This document shows positions 28,051-35,760 of a stretch of 52,382 nucleotides of DNA, piece by piece (the stretch's first letter is position 1; each line of letters begins with the position of its first letter). Under the pieces are notes generated by a model. That model did not search any database. It saw only the letters and a list, made by a program, of their open reading frames with translations, and was not told the origin of the DNA. The position numbers and the translations under genes were made by a program. The stretch comes from Armatimonadota bacterium (GTDB lineage: Bacteria; Armatimonadota; UBA10988), in assembly GCA_016235455.1 (NCBI GenBank), contig JACRKZ010000181.1:1-52382 (forward strand). Direction: 5' to 3'.

Positions 28051-29031
28051 ATGAAGACCCTCGCCGAGGCGATCACGCTGTACCAGGAGGAGCGCTACCT
28101 CGACGCCTCGCGCCGCCTGGCGCTGGTGACGCAGTTCGAGCCTGAGAACGTCGAGGGCTGGATGTACTACGGCGCCGCGCTGGCCAAGCTGGGCCGCTGG
28201 GCCCAGGCCGTCGAGGCGCTGCGCCGGGTGGTCAAGCTGCGGCCCGACCAGGTCTCGGGCTACTGTGAGCTCGCCGCCGCGCTCATCGAGGCCGGCGACA
28301 AACCCTCGGCCCACGCCGTGCTGGACCAGGCCGCCTCGCTCGACCCAGCCCACCCCAGTCTGCGTTCACTGCGCGCGCGCCTGACCGGCCAGGCCCCGCC
28401 GCCGGCCAAACCCGCGGCCGACGAGAAGCCCGCCCGACCCGCGCGCGCGCGCCGTCGGCTTCGCCTGCGCGGGCTGGTCAACGAGCATAACCGCCTGCCG
28501 CTCATGCTCGGCGTGTTGGTCGCGCTGGTCATCATCACGCTGGCCCGCGTCACCATCGGCCGCTCGACCAGTGGGACGCAGTTGGCGCAGGCCACCGAGT
28601 TGCTGGCCCGCGCCGATGTCCAGGCCAAGGCGCTGGCCAAGCAGCCGGGCGAAGACTTCGACGTCGACCAGCAGGTCAACCAGTTGCTGCGCGAGGCCGA
28701 GTCGCTGGCGCTCGCCGCGCAACGCGCCGAGCCCGGCGAGCCGCGCGTCTATGCGCTGCTGGCGCGCATCGCCCAGCGCCAGCACGACCCGCGCCGCGCC
28801 TGGGAACACGCCTCGCACGGCCTCGATCTGTCGGCCAAGGCCAAGACGCCAGACACCAAGCTGCGCGCGCAGCTTCTGCTGGCCCGCGCCGTGGCCACCG
28901 CCGACCTGGCCTACGGCCCCAGCGCCGCGGCCACGCTGGCCCAGGCCCGCACCGACGCGACCGAGGCTGCCAAGCTCGATCCCGGCGCCGTGGACGCGGC
29001 GCTGGACAAGCGGCTGGCGGCGGGACGTTAG
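28051..29031 (+). CDS. Tetratricopeptide-repeat membrane protein
   Basis: N-terminal TPRs ('EPENVEGWMYYGAALAKLGRWAQAVEAL...LRP'), central TM helix, further TPR-like helices. Confidence 0.8.
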   Translation: MKTLAEAITLYQEERYLDASRRLALVTQFEPENVEGWMYYGAALAKLGRWAQAVEALRRVVKLRPDQVSGYCELAAALIEAGDKPSAHAVLDQAASLDPAHPSLRSLRARLTGQAPPPAKPAADEKPARPARARRRLRLRGLVNEHNRLPLMLGVLVALVIITLARVTIGRSTSGTQLAQATELLARADVQAKALAKQPGEDFDVDQQVNQLLREAESLALAAQRAEPGEPRVYALLARIAQRQHDPRRAWEHASHGLDLSAKAKTPDTKLRAQLLLARAVATADLAYGPSAAATLAQARTDATEAAKLDPGAVDAALDKRLAAGR

Positions 29032-29084
29032 GGCATCCGTCGCGCCACGCAACCCTGCCGTCACCCCCCACAACAAGCGCGCGA

Positions 29085-29112
29085 TTGTGCGCCGCGCGGC
29101 GAGCGCTATAAT
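29085..29112 (+). promoter_or_regulatory. Sigma70-type promoter of leuCD
   Basis: TTGTGC-N16-TATAAT, followed by a GGAGG RBS. Confidence 0.55.
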
Positions 29113-29138
29113 CGAGCCAGTCAAAGCGGAGGACAGCC

Positions 29139-30452
29139 ATGGGCATGACCCTGACCGAACAGATCCTGGCGCGGCACGCCGGCCGGGACCGCGTGAGCGC
29201 GGGTGAGAACATCTGGGTCGACGTCGACATCCTGCTGACCCACGACGTCTGTGGGCCGGGCACGATCGGCATCTTCAAGGACAAGTTCGGCGCCGATGCC
29301 AAGGTGTGGGACAAAGAGCGCGTGGTCATCATCCCCGACCACTACATCTTCACCGCGGATGCCATGGCCAGGCGCAACATCGACATCCTGCGCGAGTTCG
29401 TCGCCGAGCAGGGCCTGCCCTACTACTACGACCCCGGCACCAGCCGCTACAAGGGCGTCTGCCATGTGGCGCTGCCCGAGGAGGGCCACACCCGCCCGGG
29501 TGAGCTGCTGCTGGGCACCGACAGCCACACCTGCACGCACGGCGCGTTTGGTATGTTCGCCACCGGCGTGGGCAACACCGACGCCGCCCTGGCCATGGGC
29601 ACCGGCAAGACCTGGCTCAAGGTCCCCGAGACCATGCGCTTCGAGTTCCACGGCGCGCTGCCGCCGTACCTGATGGCCAAGGACCTGATCTTGCAGGTCA
29701 TCGGCGATATCGGCTTCGATGGCGCCACCTACCGCGCCATGGAGTTCGTCGGGCCGGCGGTCTTCGACCTGAACATCGAGGAGCGCATGACGCTGTGCAA
29801 CATGGCCATCGAGGCCGGTGGCAAGAACGGCGTCGTCGAGCCCGACCAGGTCACCATCGACTATGTCAACGAGCGCATCGCGCGCGCCGGCACCCACGCC
29901 GACTACACGCCGGTCTACGACACGGCCGACGGCGCCTATGTGTTCACCAAGCAGTACGACGTCAGCACGCTCGACCCGGTCGTGGCCAAGCCGCACCGGC
30001 CGGACAACCGTGCCAGCGTACGCGAAGTGGCCGGCACCAAGGTCGACCGCGTCTACATCGGCAGCTGCACGGGCGGTAAGATCACCGACTTCGAGGCGGC
30101 CGCGCGCCTGCTGGCCGGGCGCGAGGTGAGGGTGGACACCTTCATCGTGCCGGCCACCACCGAGGTGGCGCGCGAGCTGGGCCGCCGCAAGATCGGCGAG
30201 CACACGCTGACCGAGATCTTCCGCAACGCCGGCTGCCGCTTGGGCGAAAGCTCCTGCGCGGCCTGCCTGGGCGGACCCGTGGACACCTTCGGCCGGCTCA
30301 ACGAGCCGCTGACCTGCGTGAGCACGACCAACCGCAACTTCCCCGGCCGCATGGGTCACAAGGACGGGCAGGTCTACCTGGCATCGCCCATGACCGCTGC
30401 CGCCACGGCGCTGACCGGTGTCATCACCGACCCGCGCGACCAGATGAGCTGA
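29139..30452 (+). CDS. leuC: 3-isopropylmalate dehydratase large subunit (plant/archaeal-like type)
   Basis: 'LTHD', 'PDH', 'GTDSHTCT', 'IGSCTGG', 'CAACLG', 'STTNRNFPGRMG', 'YLASP'. Confidence 0.93.
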   Translation: MGMTLTEQILARHAGRDRVSAGENIWVDVDILLTHDVCGPGTIGIFKDKFGADAKVWDKERVVIIPDHYIFTADAMARRNIDILREFVAEQGLPYYYDPGTSRYKGVCHVALPEEGHTRPGELLLGTDSHTCTHGAFGMFATGVGNTDAALAMGTGKTWLKVPETMRFEFHGALPPYLMAKDLILQVIGDIGFDGATYRAMEFVGPAVFDLNIEERMTLCNMAIEAGGKNGVVEPDQVTIDYVNERIARAGTHADYTPVYDTADGAYVFTKQYDVSTLDPVVAKPHRPDNRASVREVAGTKVDRVYIGSCTGGKITDFEAAARLLAGREVRVDTFIVPATTEVARELGRRKIGEHTLTEIFRNAGCRLGESSCAACLGGPVDTFGRLNEPLTCVSTTNRNFPGRMGHKDGQVYLASPMTAAATALTGVITDPRDQMS

Positions 30453-30467
30453 GGCAAGGAGGCAACC

Positions 30468-31031
30468 ATGGACACCAAGATTCGCGGTAAGGCCTACGTG
30501 GTCGGCGAGAGTATCGATACCGACCAGATCATCCCGGCCCAGTATCTGGTCTACAGCACCTCGGACCCCGAGGAGCGCCGCTTCTATGGCCACTATGCGC
30601 TGGCCGGCCTGCCGGTCGCCAGCCAGGGCCTGCCCGACGGCGGCACGCCGTTCGTGCGGGGCGAGGAGTTCACCAGCGACTACCAGATCATCGTCGCCGG
30701 CCCGAACTTCGGTTGCGGCTCCAGCCGCGAGCACGCGCCGCTGGCCCTGGCCGAGGCCGGCGCCACGCTGGTCATCGCCGAGAGCTACGCGCGCATCTTC
30801 TTCCGCAACTGCGTCAACGGCGGCTATGTCATCCCCGCCGAGACGCGTGAGCGGCTCTACGACCGCGTGCGCACCGGCGACGATCTGGAAGTGGACCTGA
30901 CGGCCAACACCGTCATCAATCACACCACCGGCGACCACTACGAACTGCCGCCGATCGGCGACATCCTGCCCATCCTCGAAGCCGGCGACGTCTTTGAGTA
31001 CGCCAAAAAGGCCGGCATGATGGCCTCGTGA
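30468..31031 (+). CDS. leuD: 3-isopropylmalate dehydratase small subunit
   Basis: 'IDTDQIIPA', 'NFGCGSSREHAP', 'SYARIFFRN'. Confidence 0.93.
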   Translation: MDTKIRGKAYVVGESIDTDQIIPAQYLVYSTSDPEERRFYGHYALAGLPVASQGLPDGGTPFVRGEEFTSDYQIIVAGPNFGCGSSREHAPLALAEAGATLVIAESYARIFFRNCVNGGYVIPAETRERLYDRVRTGDDLEVDLTANTVINHTTGDHYELPPIGDILPILEAGDVFEYAKKAGMMAS

Positions 31032-31034
31032 GCA

Positions 31035-31113
31035 ACATCCGCAGATGATGCAGATGGACGCAGATTACGGACATGCAGAATCATCTACGTCCATCTGCGC
31101 TATCTGCGGATGT
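31035..31113. repeat. Empty copy of the CRCAGAT periodic inverted-repeat element between convergent genes
   Basis: ACATCCGCAGATGATGCAGATGGACGCAGAT ... ATCTACGTCCATCTGCGCTATCTGCGGATGT; three GCAGAT units per arm, starting ATCC as at 24801. Confidence 0.8.
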
Positions 31114-31131
31114 CGCCGATTGCCGACGCCT

Positions 31132-32094
31132 CTACGCTTCGGCGTCTTCGGACCACGGGGCGAGGAGGTGCCAGACGGTGGCTGGCGTGATCTGCTTGGT
31201 CGGGCCCCAGTAGGCCGACATCAGCACCAGCGCGCGGCACAGCGCCGCCTGGCGCAACCGCTCGCGCTCGCGCTCGTCGATATCGTCCCAGCCGTAGCCC
31301 TGGAGGAACGCGCTGCGCAGGCGCGGCGAGTTGCCCCACAGGTTCAGCTCCATGTCGCGGAAGTCCGCCGACGCCGGGCCGAGATAGGCCTGGCCCAGGT
31401 CGAGCAAACCCGTGGGCACCAGCGTCTCGGGATCGATGAGGATGTTCCAGAGCTGGTAGTCGCCGTGGCACAGCACGGGGTCGAAGGGCAGTTGCCGGAT
31501 CTCGCGGCCGACCGACCAGACCTGTCGAGCGCGGTCGAGCAGTCGTGCATCGAGCCAGCCCTGCTGCCCAAGCCGCTCCATGGCCAAGTCGAACTCCGCG
31601 TCCTGGTTGGACGCCCAGGCAGCAGCAGCCGCTACGCCGGCCCGCTTGAGGCCGCTGCCGCTCAGCGAGACGCGGTGCAGGCGGCTGAGCATCTCGCCAC
31701 AACGCCGCAGCAGCCGCGCCGACTCCGCCATGTCGAGTCGCTCCAACAGCGTATCCGCGTCGATGCCGGGCAGCCGTTGGTGCAAGGCGTAGGGCCAACC
31801 GAGCTTGCCGCCGTTGAGGTTCAGCATGCTCCACGCGGGCACCGGCAGCGCGCTGTGCCGGCGTAGATGGCCCAGCACTTCGTCCTCCGCCACCAGCACG
31901 CGCGGCTCCTGGTTGCGCAGGTAGGCCTTGAGCACAGCGCCCTGGCCGTCGGCCAGTTCCATCCCGAAGACGGCGCTGACCTCGCCCTTGGCCAGCCGAC
32001 TGACACTCAGCGGCTCGGCCAGCCCATGCTCTCGGCACAGCGCCACCGCCATCTCGAGTGTCACCTCGAAGGTGCGGAACTGGCCTGGAGTCAT
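31132..32094 (-). CDS. Aminoglycoside phosphotransferase/choline kinase-like (APH family) protein
   Basis: 'KGEVSAVF', 'VLK', Brenner motif 'LCHGDYQLWNIL', 'GLLDLG'; ATGA overlap with rnz. Confidence 0.85.
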   Translation of the reverse strand: MTPGQFRTFEVTLEMAVALCREHGLAEPLSVSRLAKGEVSAVFGMELADGQGAVLKAYLRNQEPRVLVAEDEVLGHLRRHSALPVPAWSMLNLNGGKLGWPYALHQRLPGIDADTLLERLDMAESARLLRRCGEMLSRLHRVSLSGSGLKRAGVAAAAAWASNQDAEFDLAMERLGQQGWLDARLLDRARQVWSVGREIRQLPFDPVLCHGDYQLWNILIDPETLVPTGLLDLGQAYLGPASADFRDMELNLWGNSPRLRSAFLQGYGWDDIDERERERLRQAALCRALVLMSAYWGPTKQITPATVWHLLAPWSEDAEA

Positions 32095-33008
32095 GGCACG
32101 GGCTCCAGTTCGAACTCCTTGAGGTCGGTGGCCACGTCGACGCACGGGAAATGCTCGGCCGCCTCGCGGCGCAGCATCTCCAGGTCCACATAGCGCGGCG
32201 AGAAATGCGTCAGCACCAGCCGCTTGGCTCCGGCCAGGCGCGCCACTTCAGCCGCTTCGACCGTGGTGCTGTGCTTCTTGAGCTTGGCTTCCTCGGCCAG
32301 GTCCAGCCCGAAGGTGGACTCGTGGACCAGCAGGTCGGCGTTCTGCGCCAGCCGCACGGCCATTGGGCAGGGCCGTGTGTCGGTGATGTAGGCCACCCGG
32401 CGGCCGGGCCGATGCTCGCCCAGCACCTGCTCGGGCCGGACCACCGTGCCATCGGCCAGCGTCACGCTCTCGCCGTTCTGCAGCACGCCAAACAGCGGGC
32501 CAGACGGCACGCCGAGTTCCTTGGCCGCCTCGACGTCGAACCGACCAGGCTTGTCCTTCTCGATCAGCGCAAAGCCATACGTCGGCAGGCGATGGTCGAG
32601 CCGACCAGCCTCGATCAGGTACTCCGGCCCGTCGTAGACCGACTCGAAGTCGCGCGACAGCTCGATGAAGTCGGTGTCGTAGGCAAACTCGGTGCGCAGG
32701 AAGCGTCGGTTGGCCTGCACGTACTCGCGCAGGCCCACCGGCCCGACGATGGTCAGGGGCTCGACGCGCTCGGCCATCTGCAGCGACATGAGCAGGCCCA
32801 TGAGACCGGTGATGTGGTCGCCGTGCATGTGCGAGATGAGGATCCAGCGCAGCCGGCTGAACTTCAGGTTGGCCCGCCGGAAGCGGATCTGCGCGCCTTC
32901 GCCGCAGTCGAACAGGAACATGTCGCCCAGGCGGATGAGGGCCAGCGACGGCAAGAAGCGGCGAGGCGTGGGCGTCGCCGAACTCGTCCCTAGAAACACT
33001 AAGCGCAT
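32091..33008 (-). CDS. rnz: Ribonuclease Z
   Basis: 'FLGTSSATP', 'FDCGEG', 'SHMHGDH', flexible arm 'PGRFD...GVPSGP', 'DTRP', 'HESTF', 'HST', 'THFSPRY'. Confidence 0.95.
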   Translation of the reverse strand: MRLVFLGTSSATPTPRRFLPSLALIRLGDMFLFDCGEGAQIRFRRANLKFSRLRWILISHMHGDHITGLMGLLMSLQMAERVEPLTIVGPVGLREYVQANRRFLRTEFAYDTDFIELSRDFESVYDGPEYLIEAGRLDHRLPTYGFALIEKDKPGRFDVEAAKELGVPSGPLFGVLQNGESVTLADGTVVRPEQVLGEHRPGRRVAYITDTRPCPMAVRLAQNADLLVHESTFGLDLAEEAKLKKHSTTVEAAEVARLAGAKRLVLTHFSPRYVDLEMLRREAAEHFPCVDVATDLKEFELEPVP

Positions 33009-33051
33009 CGCGGCTCCCTGGCCGCCTGATCGGTCATCACGCTCAGGGGGC

Positions 33052-34194
33052 TCATCCGCGCTGCTTGATGGCGTCAAGTGCCTTCTGGGCCAGCGGCTTG
33101 ACGATGCTCTTCTCGGCCGAAGGGGCTTCCGCCACGATCTTGGCCAGGATCTCGTTGAACGACTTGTCGCCAATGCGCGCGAGGATCTCGCAGGTCACCG
33201 CCACGGGGTTGATCTGCATCTCCGAGCCCTTGGGCGCGGTCGAATGCACGTTCTTGGCCACTTGCGCCGTCAGGAACCCACGCAGAGTCTCCAGCCGCTC
33301 GGGGTGGTCGAAGTTGCCGATGCGCTCCAGCGCATAGTACTGCGCCGTGGGCAGGTCGGCTTCGAGCAGCTTCTTGAGGTACGGCCAGACTTCGCGGCCA
33401 CGGAACTCGGCGATGGCCTGCGCGAACTTCATCTCGGGCTTGCCGGCCTGCACACTGGTGGCAAAATGCGCGGCCAGCGGCTCCAGCGCCCGGGCATCAC
33501 CGATGCGCGACAACGCCGAAGCGGCCCCGGACACGTTGCCGCGGTCAGCATCGTCGAGCGCGGCGATGAGCGGCGGCACGGCCGCGCCGCCATAGGCGGC
33601 CAAGCGCGAGCAGGCGGGCTGGCTGTAGCACAGCTTGACGAGCCCGGCAATCTTCTGGTCGGTGGTCTCGGCGGCCTCGGCGGCCAGCACGTCGCGCAAG
33701 TGGCCGCTGACTTGGATGGCGACCGCGCGCACCGCCTCTTCGCGGTCGCTGGCCAACTCGTTGAGCGCGGGCAAGGCCGCGGCACTGCCCGTGTTACCCA
33801 GCGCCAGAGCGGCATGGAAGCGCACCGCGCCGTTGGTGTCGCGGGCGACGGAAACCAGTGGCTCGACCGTCTTCGGCCCGCCAACTTCGCCCAGGCCGTA
33901 GGCGGCATTGGCCCGCAAGTGCGCCCGGCGCGAGCCCAGCAAGCGCGTCAGTCCGGGGATGGCCGGCTCGCCCGCGAGCGCCAACTCCTCGAGCGCGTGA
34001 CGCGCATCGGTCAGGTTGCCGCGGAACAGCGCGCCACGCGATACCGGCACCTTGTCATCGGCCGTCATCGCCTCGGCGCGAGCCTCGATGCGGCTCACCA
34101 ACTGGTTCAGGCGGCCCGCATCCTGGGCTACCGCCCGACCGAGCGGCATCGCCAAGGCCACCGCCCCAATCAACCACAGGCTCAACCGCTTCAT
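33052..34194 (-). CDS. Secreted HEAT/PBS-lyase repeat protein
   Basis: Signal peptide ending AVA; repeated 'AAYGLGEVG', 'AALALGNTG', 'AASALSRIGD', 'LARIGD'. Confidence 0.82.
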   Translation of the reverse strand: MKRLSLWLIGAVALAMPLGRAVAQDAGRLNQLVSRIEARAEAMTADDKVPVSRGALFRGNLTDARHALEELALAGEPAIPGLTRLLGSRRAHLRANAAYGLGEVGGPKTVEPLVSVARDTNGAVRFHAALALGNTGSAAALPALNELASDREEAVRAVAIQVSGHLRDVLAAEAAETTDQKIAGLVKLCYSQPACSRLAAYGGAAVPPLIAALDDADRGNVSGAASALSRIGDARALEPLAAHFATSVQAGKPEMKFAQAIAEFRGREVWPYLKKLLEADLPTAQYYALERIGNFDHPERLETLRGFLTAQVAKNVHSTAPKGSEMQINPVAVTCEILARIGDKSFNEILAKIVAEAPSAEKSIVKPLAQKALDAIKQRG

Positions 34195-34264
34195 CCCAGT
34201 CTCCTGTTCCCAACGCCCGGACACCGCGCATCGTAGTGATCAGCGGGGTCTCTGTCAACCTCAG

Positions 34265-34326
34265 GGCTAGAAACGGTGTCAGGGACCGTTTTCTGAGGAA
34301 AACGGTCCCTGACACCGTTTCTAGCC
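34265..34326. repeat. Perfect 29-bp-arm palindrome (REP/MITE-like) with CTAG near both ends
   Basis: GGCTAGAAACGGTGTCAGGGACCGTTTTC-TGAG-GAAAACGGTCCCTGACACCGTTTCTAGCC; includes the stop codon of the upstream Fe-S gene. Confidence 0.85.
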
Positions 34327-35688
34327 GCCGCCATAGGCACGATCAAGGTACTCGGCCATGTGCCACGCTTCCATCTTCAGGGAATGACGCTTGATCCCGT
34401 AGCGGAGTTGCAGCAAACAGCCGGGATTGCTGGTCACGACCACATCCGCGCCCGTGGCGGCGATGTTGGCCATCTTGCGGTCCAGCAGCTGCACCGACTC
34501 GGCAAAGTGTGTCACATTGTAGACGCCCGCGCTACCGCAGCACCAGTTGGCCTCGTTGAGCTCGACATAGTGCACGCCGGGCACCTTGGCCAGCACGCGC
34601 CGTGGCTCGAAGATGACGCCCTGGGCGTGGTGCAGGTGGCAGGCATCGTGGTAGGTCACCACCTTGCCCAGCGGCTTCATGCCGGCCGTATCGAGGCCGT
34701 GGCGGTCGAACCACTCGGTCAGGTCAAGGACCTTGGCCGAGAAGGCCCGGGCGCGCTCGCCCCACTTGGGGTCGTCGTGCAGCCAGTGGGCATAGTCCTT
34801 CATGGCCGCGCCGCAGCCGGCGGAGTTCATGACGATGGCATCCACCTCGGCCCGCTCGAACGCGGCGATGACCAGCTTGGCCATCTGCCGGGCCTTGGCC
34901 AACTCGCCCGCATGAGCGTGGAGCGCGCCGCAGCAGCCCGCATCGCGCGGGGTGACCACCTGGCAGCCGTTGCGCTGCAGCACGCGCACGGTGGCTTCGT
35001 TCTCGGGACTGCACATGACATCCATGGCGCAGCCCAGCAGCAGGCCCACGCGGTGTTTCACGGCGCCAACGGGCTCGGCCACCTCGGGTAGCGTCTCACT
35101 GCTCAGCCGCGCCGGTACCGCCGGCAGCAACTGCTCCATCTGGCCGAGCTGGCCTGGCGGCAGACCCAGCCGGTGAAGCAGCCGGCGCAGGCCCGTGCGC
35201 TCATAGAGATACAGGGCTCGGCCCGCGAGGCGGAACAGCGGCAATCGCTCGAACATGGCGAAGGGCAATCGCCGCACACAGCCGCGCACCAGCCGCCCGA
35301 ACCGACGGTAGGCCGGCTCGTTCCGCCGGAAGCGCGAAGTTTCGATCTGCGTGCGCGCGGCCTCCAACATGCTGCCGTACTGGACGCCGGCGGGACAGGC
35401 GGTCATGCAGGCCAGGCAGCCCAGGCAGAAGTAGATCTCCTGGGAGAAGACCTCACTGATCTCCAGCGCGCCGTCAGCCACGCCGCGCATGAGCTGGATG
35501 CGCCCGCGAGGTGATGAGCGTTCGCGCCCGGTCAGGGCGAAGGTCGGGCACTGCGGCAGGCACAGCCCGCAGTGCATGCAGTTGAGCAGATCGCCGTATT
35601 GCGGCGCGTCGAGCAGGTCGAACCCGACCATCGGGCTGGCGTCGGCGCTCTCGTTGGTTGGCTGGGCGACACACATGATGGTCGTCAT
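34321..35688 (-). CDS. glcF: Fe-S oxidoreductase, glycolate oxidase iron-sulfur subunit GlcF-like
   Basis: Two CxxCxxCxxxCP ferredoxin motifs, 'SPRGRI', two CCG domains ('CCGALHAHAG', 'YHDACHL', 'CCGSAGVYN', 'NPGC'). True start may be ATG35631. Confidence 0.85.
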   Translation of the reverse strand: MTTIMCVAQPTNESADASPMVGFDLLDAPQYGDLLNCMHCGLCLPQCPTFALTGRERSSPRGRIQLMRGVADGALEISEVFSQEIYFCLGCLACMTACPAGVQYGSMLEAARTQIETSRFRRNEPAYRRFGRLVRGCVRRLPFAMFERLPLFRLAGRALYLYERTGLRRLLHRLGLPPGQLGQMEQLLPAVPARLSSETLPEVAEPVGAVKHRVGLLLGCAMDVMCSPENEATVRVLQRNGCQVVTPRDAGCCGALHAHAGELAKARQMAKLVIAAFERAEVDAIVMNSAGCGAAMKDYAHWLHDDPKWGERARAFSAKVLDLTEWFDRHGLDTAGMKPLGKVVTYHDACHLHHAQGVIFEPRRVLAKVPGVHYVELNEANWCCGSAGVYNVTHFAESVQLLDRKMANIAATGADVVVTSNPGCLLQLRYGIKRHSLKMEAWHMAEYLDRAYGGG

Positions 35689-35760
35689 TGTAACCTATTC
35701 GGCGCCGGCCGGGAGGATTCGCGCGAGCGTATCGCAACCCTCCGGGCAGGAGCATCCATC

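Noticed and set aside
26351-28353. Long N-terminal extensions in the ORF track (pyrB 658 aa, epimerase 655 aa, redoxin 509 aa); similar cases for PL8, the deacetylase and the C11 peptidase
   Set aside because: These are stop-poor shadow frames of high-GC DNA overlapping real genes; RBS-supported internal starts give normal-length proteins.
31132-32094. APH gene as an antibiotic-resistance determinant
   Set aside because: Only generic kinase-fold motifs; translationally coupled to housekeeping rnz with no mobile context.
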